From: Candidatus Thorarchaeota archaeon
GTDB taxonomy: Archaea; Asgardarchaeota; Thorarchaeia; Thorarchaeales; Thorarchaeaceae
DNA: 15,846 bases
Assembly (NCBI GenBank): GCA_038893995.1
Contig: JAWAQK010000053.1
Location: 1 to 15,846 of the forward strand
Reading direction: 5' to 3'
Within the stretch, counting starts at the first letter, position 1, and the number at the start of each line of letters is the position of its first letter. The notes beneath the pieces are model-generated. The model saw nothing but the letters and a program-made list of their open reading frames with translations, was not told where the DNA came from and made no database searches. The position numbers were made by a program, and so were the translations under genes. This document shows positions 7,758-15,846 of the stretch, in pieces.

Positions 7758-9920
7758 TCAGGTACCAGAGGGATGCCTGGACCTGGCAAACACCACAACA
7801 ACAGCAGCTGCACTCACTATTGTCCCCACGGTCAACGCCGGCACCACCCACGAGCCCCACGGAGACCTGTTGTCGAGCACAATCGACCAGTCTGTCTCGG
7901 CCATATTGAGGGCCATGTCAAGTGCAACAACCCGGACTGCCACATAGGAGACCGAAGTCGGATCGTAGAGACGTGGGATCTGTACGGTCCAGTTTGAGCC
8001 AGTTGTCTGACACATGAAGACGTTCTCAGTACCGTCGATGTCAACCACCACTGTCACATTCTCGATGCCAGACATGTCGTCGCGGACATAGGCCCACACG
8101 GTGAGTGAGGCTGTGTCATTATCAGTTTCAGTAGACATGCCCCACGACACTATCTCGGGAGCACGATCATCATATATGCAGTACATCATGGAGCTAGTCA
8201 GGGCCCACGCCCTCTTCAGGGCATCGAAGCATCCGGTCCAATTCATGTTACAATACATTGAATCGGCCACTGCAAATGCCTCAAGTGCCTTCTGTCGCAG
8301 GAACTCGGCCCTGGGGGTCATGACGCCAGATATTGATGCGTACACTCTCTGATACCGGCCCATGTACTCGGCCCACATCTGGTCGAGGTACGTACTCTGC
8401 ACGAAGTTGTCGTCGTAGACCGAGGTGCCGTTGTGGAAGGCATGGTAGACCATCGGGCTTGAGCAGAAGTCACCAACGTAGTGACCGTAGGTCCATGTGT
8501 GCATGATTCCTATTGCGTGCATGGTCTCGTGAAGTTGAACGAGAGAAACACCACTCTTTGGTGTGACGCCGTCATCCCGGTAGTATCGTTCCCACGACTT
8601 CCATATGACTGTCTGTCCGCCTCCTCCCAGTCCAGTGAAGGTACCTCCGTAGACGTACATCACCATGTTCTTCTTCACAAAGACCACGCCAAAGACATTG
8701 ATGTCAGTCGATGACACATCGACGTGGCGGGACCTCATCTGCATGTAGATTGCCTCGAACATTCCCAGACCGTCGACTACAGTCTTGCCACCAACGACCT
8801 GAGCATAATCCCAGAAGAGTTCCTCCCAGTCAGGGTGGTCGCGGATGTCTGAGAACTCCACATCGACATTCCATTTCACAAATGGCATGAGCTTCCGAAG
8901 GTAATCGCGAAGGAGGTCCTCATTCGTGATCCATCGCAGGCTGTCGATCGAGATACCATCCTCAACATCCATGCAGAAGACCAGAGTCTTGAGGTTACCT
9001 CTACTCACGTATGCAGCTGGTTCGTGCTGATAGGGAAACATCACCATGCCCAGAGGGTCATGGAGGTAGTTTCCAAGGTAAGTCGAGAGAGTCTCACGCC
9101 CGCCCTGCGTGTGCAGATCGAGGAGACTGGAATACGCATCTAGGTCGTACACCGTGTGAGGCGGTACCTCCGTGTCCTCCCACCATATTGAGGCCCATCT
9201 CAGGTACCACTGATTCGCCGAGGGATCGAGGACGTAGATGTTTCCACGTTTGCCCCCAAAGCCGGGATAGTGAAACACCACATTGGGGTTGAGCGAGTTA
9301 TCCCACTCCAACCTGAACCAGTCCTGTCGTTGACCGCTGTCCGGGTCAACGGGGTTGTAGTCAAACCAGTGTTCCCATCCAGGGCTATCAAACTCTGAGA
9401 AGTTCAACAAGTACACGGTGTAACCCGGAGTGGGAGCAGGCACAGCAGGATTGTCGAGGAGCCATGCCTCAATCGCGTCAGCATCGATGGACATGCCGGC
9501 ACGAGGGTAGAAGATCCTCTGTGGCTCAGACGGGTGCTCCCTCTGGTACAAGAGAGCGTCCACGTCTAGACGGGTGCCGATGTCGACTCCCGATCTTGAG
9601 TTTGCGAGGGCTACTCCTGTCAGTGCACCGGCATAGCTGCCATTCGCATAGACGACGTTGTAGTGTATCAGATACTTAATGGTGAGATCCTCCAAGTAAT
9701 ACTGCCTCTGGTCAGGCAGACAGGCTAGCAGGACGGACTCCACAATCACCGAGGGATCATAGTTCACAAGGACAATGTTGACGTACCAGTCTCTCGTCAG
9801 TGTCCCAGGAAGCATGGAGGGACTAGACGACACTTCAGCCTCAGCATGGCAGACAGTGTCGCTGGCGACGGGGACCATCAGTAGGCATAGAACAGACGCC
9901 AGTAGTAGCACGCAGCGCAT
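7758..9920 (-). CDS. Secreted, C-terminally membrane-anchored zinc metallopeptidase (metzincin-type), about 720 aa
   Basis: HETMHAIGIMH at 8499-8531 matches HExxHxxGxxH and is followed by SSPMVY (Met-turn candidate, Met at 8451-8453). ATG 9920 gives a signal peptide (MRCVLLLASVLCLLMVPVAS) and is preferred to the track start at 9995, which lies in AT-rich promoter-like DNA. The C-terminus has an Ig-like segment (DDRAPEI...DDMSGIENVTV...VVALDMALN), a TM helix (WVVPALTVGTIVSAAAVVVVFA) and a basic RSR tail. Confidence 0.9.
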   Translation of the reverse strand: MRCVLLLASVLCLLMVPVASDTVCHAEAEVSSSPSMLPGTLTRDWYVNIVLVNYDPSVIVESVLLACLPDQRQYYLEDLTIKYLIHYNVVYANGSYAGALTGVALANSRSGVDIGTRLDVDALLYQREHPSEPQRIFYPRAGMSIDADAIEAWLLDNPAVPAPTPGYTVYLLNFSEFDSPGWEHWFDYNPVDPDSGQRQDWFRLEWDNSLNPNVVFHYPGFGGKRGNIYVLDPSANQWYLRWASIWWEDTEVPPHTVYDLDAYSSLLDLHTQGGRETLSTYLGNYLHDPLGMVMFPYQHEPAAYVSRGNLKTLVFCMDVEDGISIDSLRWITNEDLLRDYLRKLMPFVKWNVDVEFSDIRDHPDWEELFWDYAQVVGGKTVVDGLGMFEAIYMQMRSRHVDVSSTDINVFGVVFVKKNMVMYVYGGTFTGLGGGGQTVIWKSWERYYRDDGVTPKSGVSLVQLHETMHAIGIMHTWTYGHYVGDFCSSPMVYHAFHNGTSVYDDNFVQSTYLDQMWAEYMGRYQRVYASISGVMTPRAEFLRQKALEAFAVADSMYCNMNWTGCFDALKRAWALTSSMMYCIYDDRAPEIVSWGMSTETDNDTASLTVWAYVRDDMSGIENVTVVVDIDGTENVFMCQTTGSNWTVQIPRLYDPTSVSYVAVRVVALDMALNMAETDWSIVLDNRSPWGSWVVPALTVGTIVSAAAVVVVFARSRHPSGT

Positions 9921-9942
9921 GGGCGAGGGCCCAACAGCGGCC

Positions 9943-10015
9943 CGTATTAATATTGCTGAACTCGCAGGGTACTTCATAACAATGTATATTAACAATCATT
10001 ACAATATCTTAACAT
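9943..10015. promoter_or_regulatory. AT-rich promoter region of the peptidase gene with repeated ACAAT/ATTGT motifs
   Basis: TATA-like AATATTAATA on the minus strand about 25-30 nt above ATG 9920, which fits a leaderless transcript. ACAAT occurs at 9979-9983, 9992-9996 and 10001-10005. Confidence 0.55.
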
Positions 10016-10298
10016 GCGTCGGCGACCCTGCAAGAAAACATGGACGAGCAGACAGAACTCACCCAGACCATCCATCAATCTCCCGGAAACCCGTAGACTC
10101 CGCCGACGCCTCCTTTCTTGCTCGAAGTATCCCATCGCAGACATACAGATGCTGTCTGCAGTCCCGGCATGCTGTGCGATCATTGACGTCAGATGCAGGG
10201 CTAGAAAGACGTGACGGGTCGATCCTCTGGGGTCCTTCGTCACGGGTGTCTGTTCGACGACAGAAACACGTATAGCATTCCAAGTATAAGTAGAGACC

Positions 10299-11168
10299 AT
10301 GTGCGCGGAGAGCACGACCTGTACATGTGAAGTGCCCGACACCAGTTCAGACATGCTCACGCAGTGGTGGAATGATAGGACGGTTCGTATGTTCGTCCTG
10401 TTGATGGCGCCAGTCGGAGTAGTCGATTCAATAACCACTGTCATTCTCGTCAACGAGTATGGCGTCCATATAGAGTATAACCCGATCGTGAGATGGCTGC
10501 TGACGACTCCGCTCTGGCCAGTCTGGTTCGCACTCAATGCGATCGTGTTTGCAGTATTCATCATGGCTGCTGGATCGTACTACATCAGTACGAGGACGAG
10601 TGGCAACTACCCTGCGGATCTTGTCGCGCTTGTCATAGCAATACGGACTGCGCTCACAACAGGAAATCTACTCTTTGCGCTGGGTAGTGGGATGGCCCCT
10701 GCTGTATCGCTGGGGATGGGACTGGTGATATTCAAGCTCGTGAGGGACTCCTTCGGCGGGCGGACAATGCCGACGCCACGGACGATCATCCTTGGCCTGA
10801 AAATGAAATACATGCGCCTCAACCACTACCTGATAGTGAGGCAATTACGGAGAAAGATCCCACGCACGCGCCAGAAGCAATTATCGGAGACAGTCAGGTT
10901 GACCCGTTCCCTCTCTCTCTCGTCGCTGGTACGACGAATGGTCTACGCAACACTCGCCGCGGCCGTGTTCCTTGCCGCGCCGCTGTTCGCATGGGTAATC
11001 GGTCAGCTTCCAGTCCTGAGCAGCCAGAGCTGGCGGCACGAGGGGCCGTTCTTCTGGACACACGAGGCATCCGCCATCTTCCTTTCGGGATTCGCACTTG
11101 TCTCTCTGATCGTCGCAATATCTGTCTACCTCGTCCTGAAGGCCGTAGAGGTAGAGGAGGCATTCTGA
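10299..11168 (+). CDS. Multi-pass membrane protein, DUF5658-like N-terminal domain plus a C-terminal two-TM module
   Basis: 289-aa ORF with several hydrophobic helices. VDSITT...YG...EYNPIVRWLL resembles the D-x-x-TT...G...E-x-NP signature I recall for DUF5658. An Arg/Lys-rich linker precedes two further TM helices. The start is uncertain (ATG 10299 or 10353). Confidence 0.75.
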   Translation: MCAESTTCTCEVPDTSSDMLTQWWNDRTVRMFVLLMAPVGVVDSITTVILVNEYGVHIEYNPIVRWLLTTPLWPVWFALNAIVFAVFIMAAGSYYISTRTSGNYPADLVALVIAIRTALTTGNLLFALGSGMAPAVSLGMGLVIFKLVRDSFGGRTMPTPRTIILGLKMKYMRLNHYLIVRQLRRKIPRTRQKQLSETVRLTRSLSLSSLVRRMVYATLAAAVFLAAPLFAWVIGQLPVLSSQSWRHEGPFFWTHEASAIFLSGFALVSLIVAISVYLVLKAVEVEEAF

Positions 11169-11234
11169 TATACTCCAGATTATTTGGGACCCTGACGGAC
11201 AGCTGGCAGACATGAGTCCAACGAGGAGTCGGAC

Positions 11235-11522
11235 ATGAAGGACGAAGGAGCAGCAACTTCGAAGCCGAGAATGACGCTCGGAAGGCGGGCAGGTAGGGTC
11301 ATCATTGCACTCCTGCTCTTCATTGCAATCCCATTTGCGCTGCAAGCAATATCGATACTGACCGGCGCCGACCTATACAGGCGTATCTACGAGGGCCTCA
11401 TCGTCTGGAACGAGCATTCCGGCGCAATATTCCTTGCTGGGTTCTTTGTGACAGTACTGATGATAGGGGCGATAACATACCTCATAGCGTCAGCCCTCGA
11501 ACCAGATGAGAGCGAGTGGTAG
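11235..11522 (+). CDS. Small two-TM membrane protein, paralogue of the C-terminal module of the upstream gene
   Basis: 95 aa. GAGGAG Shine-Dalgarno-like motif at 11223-11228. Two hydrophobic helices. Aligns without gaps to aa 210-289 of the upstream protein. Confidence 0.85.
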   Translation: MKDEGAATSKPRMTLGRRAGRVIIALLLFIAIPFALQAISILTGADLYRRIYEGLIVWNEHSGAIFLAGFFVTVLMIGAITYLIASALEPDESEW

Positions 11523-11658
11523 CGGACATCACTGTCCACACCACTCGGATCCACATCATGAATTCGCACACGGTCACACCGTGGACTGCTGGGTACCCCT
11601 TTCCTGAACACCAGAGACGCGTGAACTGGTCCAGAGTTTCACTAGTGTGAGACATCCC

Positions 11659-11904
11659 CTACTGAGAGGCGTCCAGACTCTTGAGTTCGTTCTGGATCTG
11701 CATGCCTCGCAGTGTCAGCCTCGTGAGCATTATCTTGTATTCTTCTTCGCTCAGCACGCCCCTCCTATGATCCTCGTGCAGAGTCTGTCGCTCCATTCTC
11801 AAGTTCTCAGCCGCCCTCATGAGCGCCGCTCGTCTTATCTGAGCGAGTGCTCTAGAACTCCCCGTTGAAGGACCACTGCATCGATTGTCGTCCAACACCG
11901 TCAT
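11659..11904 (-). CDS. Small helical protein with a SHOCT-like motif
   Basis: 81 aa with coiled-coil-like composition. LHEDHRRGVLSEEEYKIML resembles the SHOCT pattern L-x(5-6)-G-x-(I/L)-(S/T)-E-E-E-(F/Y). A strongly AT-rich promoter-like tract lies directly upstream at 11916-11956. Confidence 0.7.
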   Translation of the reverse strand: MTVLDDNRCSGPSTGSSRALAQIRRAALMRAAENLRMERQTLHEDHRRGVLSEEEYKIMLTRLTLRGMQIQNELKSLDASQ

Positions 11905-11915
11905 CGGTCTCCGGA

Positions 11916-11956
11916 TATCTTCTATTGTATAATATGATGTAATATTGTATATATAG
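11916..11956. promoter_or_regulatory. AT-rich promoter/operator tract with a 9-bp direct repeat
   Basis: TATTGTATA at 11923-11931 and 11943-11951 (20-bp spacing), and TATATATA at 11948-11955. It lies between divergently oriented genes. Confidence 0.6.
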
Positions 11957-12219
11957 GTTGTTCTGTGGTCAACCTACTGTACATGACTGGATGATATCAA
12001 CTCCACCATACTGCCCAGAGGGCCTTGGATGTCCGTGCCTGACGATGTTGGCCGTACGGACCACGGTCAATCCCGGTACGGACACCTGAATATGACCTGA
12101 GAGGCATGCCAGACTGACATTGTCAATCAGGGCAACTCGCAGTACCATCATCATGCGCCGTGGAAGATCGACGACGCGACTCCATCTTAGATTTAAGCAG
12201 ATGTGTACACACAAGGGGT

Positions 12220-14817
12220 ATGCGTCGAGTCGTGGGTGGCAACTTGGTCAGAGTCGTCCTCGCATCTGTTGGAACAGCACTTCTTGTGGCAACGATAATG
12301 ATGCCACTTGGTCCACTTGGGGGCGGACTCGCTGTCCTCTCTCCAGTGGGCGGAATGTTTGACACTGGGCGTTCTGTGAGGGCCCCTGTACCATCAATCG
12401 TGTCTCTGGACTGTCTCAGTTCCGACGTAGAGGTGCTTGTTGACGAGTATGGGATACCTCATATCTACGCGCACTCACTTGAGGACGCATATGCGGTCCT
12501 TGGCTACTTCCATGCCCGAGACCGCCTATTCCAGATGTTCGCACAGAACAGATATGCGGCAGGTCGCATGTGTGAGGTCACTGGGCCTCTACAGAGTTCC
12601 GTCGTCTCAGACAAGTTCTACAGGACCATTGGTCTTGCAAGAAGTGCGCAGAAGACGCTTGAATGGTACGAGGAAAATGCGGAGTCCAATCCAAATGTTG
12701 CACTTGCCCTGCGAGTCATCGATGCAGAGGTCGCCGGAGTCAACGCCTACATTGACTCACTCACCACGACAGACCTTCCACTCGAGTTCAAGATCCTGGG
12801 GATATGGCCCGAACACTGGACAAGACATGACGTATTCCTCTGGTCAAAGATGATGAGCTGGAGTCTCTCAGGCAGTACGATTGATCTGTACAGGTACTGG
12901 CTCAGATCGTCCATAGACAACGAGTCTGTGTATCGGACGATCATGGCAGATCTTGCAACACCGTATTCTGTGCCGATAGTCACCGAACAGACCAACCTGA
13001 GTCTATCGGAGTACCCGAACGCGCCGGGAGGCTACCCTGCCGTGTTCGAGCCTCCGGCAAATGGTACGTACGCCGACAACTCTGCCGACATCAGGCTCGA
13101 CCATCTAAAGATCCTGCTGGACACTCTGAGCAGTGTGAGGACGCCCCTGAGTCCAATGGGCATCGTGGGCTCAAACAACTGGGCCGTGAGTGGATCGAGA
13201 ACGTCAACAGGCAAACCGATGCTGGCGAACGACCCCCATCTACAGCTTCAGGCCCCGTCACTATGGTACGAGGCACATATAGTCGTGCCAGGAGTAGTGA
13301 ATATCATTGGCGTCACGCTACCGGGACTACCTGGGATATTGCTGGGCCACAACGAACACACTGCGTGGGGATTTACGAACGTGGGAGCTGACGTGGTGGA
13401 CTTCTTTGTGGAACAGGTTGATCCCAACAATCAGAGCAGATACCTATACAACAGTGAATACAGGGAGTTCAGGGAGATCGACGAGTCAATAGCCTGCAGG
13501 GATGGCAGTAGGATACCGTTCACTGTCCGAGAGTCTGTACACGGTCCAATCATCGATGGTATACTCGATACAAGCGGGATCATCAACCTGGCAATGAACT
13601 GGACGGGCAATGGAGTCACTCACGAGATCCTCTCTCTGACGATGATCAACATGATGCAGGATATTGATGACTACTTTGAGGCGGTGTACTGGTGGGACTG
13701 CCCAGCCCAGAACATAATATACGCAGACGACAGCGGAAACATAGCGATAACCGTCGCAGGAAGGTATCCAGTCAGGGCGGGATATTCCGGAGAGGTACCA
13801 GTAGTAGCAACAGACGACTCCACTGGCATGGTGGGAAGCATTCCCTACGCGTTTATCCCGAGGTCTGTGAACCCATCGCAGGGATATCTACAGTCAGCGA
13901 ATCAGAACCCGGTCGACCCGACCGACTACGGATATACAATTCTGGGACCCTTCGATGATGGCTACAGGGGTCGAAGGATAGACAGCCTTCTTGCGGCAGA
14001 CTCGAACGTGACTGTACTGGACATGATGAGGTATCAGGCGGACTCGCTAGAGGTTCGTGCCCAGAGGCTAGTGCCACTGGTGATAGAGGCGTGGGATGCC
14101 TCCGGAGAGAGTAACACCACAGTCGCCAATGCTGTCGAACTCCTTCGGGACTGGAACTATGTGATGGACACGGACACAGCGGCGCCAACACTGTGGATGT
14201 TCCTGCTGAAGTCCATTCATGTAGAGGTGTTTGACGAGGCTCCGGACATCGACCCGAGTCTTCTCACATCGAGGACATCGGTGCTGGAATGGATCCTGCA
14301 CGAGAACGCAACATATCTCATAGACGATCATAGGACTGGTGACAGAGTGGAAACTCGTGGAGAGATACTGGTCAGAGCGCTGTACAGGGCCCTGGAGATG
14401 ATTGTCGCATATACCGGCACCGCTGACCCAACAGGATGGTCATATGGTAACTATCATCAGATACATCTGAACCACGTCGCGTTCGGACCCGCAGTCCGGA
14501 TAGTAGGTGGGCCTCACAGGGGACAGGCCACTCTGAATGCAGCTCCCGGCTGGAACGTGGGACACGGACCCTCGTGGAGGATGGTCATCGACCTGTCCAA
14601 CATTGCTGAGTCGTACGGAGTCTATCCCGGGGGTCAGAGTGGTAGCTTCCTGAGTCCCCACTGGGAGGACCTGTTCAGACTCTGGTATGCGTTCGATCAG
14701 GAGAGCCAGACGTATGGCTATGCGAACATGTACTTCTACGGTACTGCTGCGATGTTCCGAGCAGCCGATAGCGACAGAATAGAGTACTCTGTCACCTTTA
14801 CGGCGGGAGGTTCCTGA
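12220..14817 (+). CDS. Penicillin acylase family protein (Ntn hydrolase, peptidase S45), N-terminal signal/anchor, about 865 aa
   Basis: Alpha-chain motifs DEYGIPHIYA and GYFHARDRLFQM. Beta-chain start GS|NNWAVSGSRTSTGKPMLANDPHL with the nucleophile Ser codon at 13171-13173. Further family motifs: PSLWYEAH, PAQNIIYAD, SANQ, GPSWRMVIDL and PGGQSG...SPHW. ATG 12220 is preferred because a hydrophobic segment follows it and TTTAAG lies about 25 nt upstream. Confidence 0.95.
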   Translation: MRRVVGGNLVRVVLASVGTALLVATIMMPLGPLGGGLAVLSPVGGMFDTGRSVRAPVPSIVSLDCLSSDVEVLVDEYGIPHIYAHSLEDAYAVLGYFHARDRLFQMFAQNRYAAGRMCEVTGPLQSSVVSDKFYRTIGLARSAQKTLEWYEENAESNPNVALALRVIDAEVAGVNAYIDSLTTTDLPLEFKILGIWPEHWTRHDVFLWSKMMSWSLSGSTIDLYRYWLRSSIDNESVYRTIMADLATPYSVPIVTEQTNLSLSEYPNAPGGYPAVFEPPANGTYADNSADIRLDHLKILLDTLSSVRTPLSPMGIVGSNNWAVSGSRTSTGKPMLANDPHLQLQAPSLWYEAHIVVPGVVNIIGVTLPGLPGILLGHNEHTAWGFTNVGADVVDFFVEQVDPNNQSRYLYNSEYREFREIDESIACRDGSRIPFTVRESVHGPIIDGILDTSGIINLAMNWTGNGVTHEILSLTMINMMQDIDDYFEAVYWWDCPAQNIIYADDSGNIAITVAGRYPVRAGYSGEVPVVATDDSTGMVGSIPYAFIPRSVNPSQGYLQSANQNPVDPTDYGYTILGPFDDGYRGRRIDSLLAADSNVTVLDMMRYQADSLEVRAQRLVPLVIEAWDASGESNTTVANAVELLRDWNYVMDTDTAAPTLWMFLLKSIHVEVFDEAPDIDPSLLTSRTSVLEWILHENATYLIDDHRTGDRVETRGEILVRALYRALEMIVAYTGTADPTGWSYGNYHQIHLNHVAFGPAVRIVGGPHRGQATLNAAPGWNVGHGPSWRMVIDLSNIAESYGVYPGGQSGSFLSPHWEDLFRLWYAFDQESQTYGYANMYFYGTAAMFRAADSDRIEYSVTFTAGGS

Positions 14818-14819
14818 GA

Positions 14820-15233
14820 ATGAGGAAGATCGATGAGATGGTGCCAGACCTGGGGTTACTGAAGTCCGTGCTAGTCGTCATGGCAATTGCCGTCGTCCTA
14901 GAGCTGACTGGTGTCTGGGCGACAATGGTATTAGCTGGCGGCGTCGGTGCACTGTTCGTCAGGAGCGGAAAGAGGGCGTTCTTGGTAGGCCTCGCAGGAG
15001 TCGGGGCAGCCTGGACCCTGATCTTTGCATACCTGATCGTATTCGCTCAAGCACTCGAGATCGCAGACTTCTTCGCCGGACTGATGGGTGCAGTGGGAAT
15101 GGGAGGCATCATCATTGGTATGAGCATCCTGCTGGGAGGTCTCGTCGGTGGGTGTGGTGGGTTCTTGGGGAGGTCCATGATAGAACTCGTTGATGCGCTC
15201 GTGGACCGTCACCAGGGACCGGCCCCCGCATGA
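14820..15233 (+). CDS. Small Gly-rich membrane protein (3-4 TM), probably co-transcribed with the acylase
   Basis: 137 aa, almost entirely hydrophobic with GxxxG-type motifs. ATG is 2 nt after the acylase TGA. Confidence 0.85.
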   Translation: MRKIDEMVPDLGLLKSVLVVMAIAVVLELTGVWATMVLAGGVGALFVRSGKRAFLVGLAGVGAAWTLIFAYLIVFAQALEIADFFAGLMGAVGMGGIIIGMSILLGGLVGGCGGFLGRSMIELVDALVDRHQGPAPA

Positions 15234-15354
15234 TGCTGAAACGGGTATCATACGAGTCGCAGTGTCGAAAGAGTGAGGGTGCCTGGATCCATCCCCACCA
15301 AGAGACATCACCCCATCACTGAGCTGTCCGCACAGGGAGCGGGGGAACGTCCTC

Positions 15355-15372
15355 AAGAAATGACTTTTATCA
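15355..15372 (+). promoter_or_regulatory. Putative BRE/TATA for the flavodiiron gene
   Basis: Purine-rich AAGAAA followed by TTTTATCA, about 25-30 nt above GTG 15396. Confidence 0.5.
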
Positions 15373-15395
15373 TCACGAGGCCTTCTCAGGCATGG

Positions 15396-15846
15396 GTGAG
15401 TATCTTGCACCGGGAAGTATCCAAGGGAATATACTATGTCGGAGTCGATGACCACCACACAGAACTGTTTGAGAGTCTCTGGCCTCTCCCCCACGGGGTA
15501 TCGTACAACAGCTACCTGGTCGTGGGTGACAAGATAGCCCTCATTGAGACCGTCAAGAATGCGTGGGCCGACGAGTGGATCGCGAACATTCGTGAGGTCG
15601 TCGACCCTGCGAAGATCGACTACATTGTGATGAACCACATGGAACCAGACCATACTGGAGCCTTACCAGACATTGCAGCATTGGCCAGGAATGCGACCAT
15701 GATATACACACAACGTGCCTCTGAGATGCAGAAGTCGTTCTACGATGTTCCTCTCAAGGAGCGGGTCGTCAAGGATCTCGAGGAGATACCCCTCGGTGGG
15801 AAGACCCTCAAGTTCGTCCACGCGCAGTTCCTCCACTGGCCTGAGA
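15396..15846 (+). CDS. fprA: Flavodiiron protein / A-type flavoprotein (metallo-beta-lactamase domain), 3'-truncated by the window
   Basis: Manual translation: ...GIYYVGVDDHHTELFESLWPLPHGVSYNSYLVVGDKIALIETVK...IDYIVMNHMEPDHTGAL...LGGKTLKFVHAQFLHWPE. It carries the HxExDH diiron motif and the HWP(D/E) motif diagnostic of FprA/NorV/Roo. The start is GTG 15396, or TTG 15405 with GGTGA upstream. Not in the ORF track. Confidence 0.95.
   Translation, partial: MSILHREVSKGIYYVGVDDHHTELFESLWPLPHGVSYNSYLVVGDKIALIETVKNAWADEWIANIREVVDPAKIDYIVMNHMEPDHTGALPDIAALARNATMIYTQRASEMQKSFYDVPLKERVVKDLEEIPLGGKTLKFVHAQFLHWPE

Noticed and set aside
9921-9995. Track start of the peptidase at 9995
   Set aside because: The extension runs through AT-rich promoter-like DNA and would bury the signal peptide. 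ATG 9920 fits better.
9775-10564. ORFs 9775-10275 (+), 9989-10564 (-), 10014-10214 (+), 10059-10283 (-)
   Set aside because: They overlap better-supported genes or promoter DNA and show no recognisable protein features.
11969-12214. ORF 11969-12214 (-), a 32-codon Cys-containing + strand ORF from 11991, and a GTACGGAC direct repeat near 12054/12076
   Set aside because: No motif or ribosome-binding support. The sizes are compatible with chance.
14931-15653. 240-aa minus-strand ORF
   Set aside because: It is antisense to both the 137-aa membrane gene and the clearly recognisable fprA.
1-15846. CRISPR arrays, tRNA/rRNA, IS elements, integrases, diversity-generating retroelement repeats
   Set aside because: By eye I saw no regularly spaced DNA repeats, cloverleafs, terminal inverted repeats, transposase/RT motifs or near-identical TR/VR pairs. 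A self dot-plot and tRNAscan/Infernal run would confirm.

Overview
Archaeal-type chromosomal window, probably Asgard/Thorarchaeia. The taxonomy is an inference from TATA-like promoters, apparently leaderless starts, dense N-glycosylation sequons and the style of the giant Ig-repeat protein. The main feature is missing from the supplied ORF track because it runs off the window edge: one uninterrupted minus-strand frame from about 7379 to <1 (>2459 aa, translated by hand). It encodes a secreted surface protein with a signal peptide, a six-bladed NHL beta-propeller apparently inserted in a jelly-roll/CBM-like domain, and at least 15 tandem ~100-aa Ig-like repeats. Upstream and co-oriented is a membrane-anchored metzincin-type Zn peptidase (HETMHAIGIMH plus Met-turn). 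Next come a DUF5658-like membrane protein followed by a small gene paralogous to its C-terminal 80 aa, and a small SHOCT-like protein. The right end holds a penicillin-acylase-family Ntn hydrolase tightly coupled to a small membrane protein, and the 5' part of a flavodiiron protein (FprA, also absent from the track). I saw no RNA genes, CRISPR arrays or mobile elements. Most other listed ORFs are antisense or off-frame shadows of these genes.
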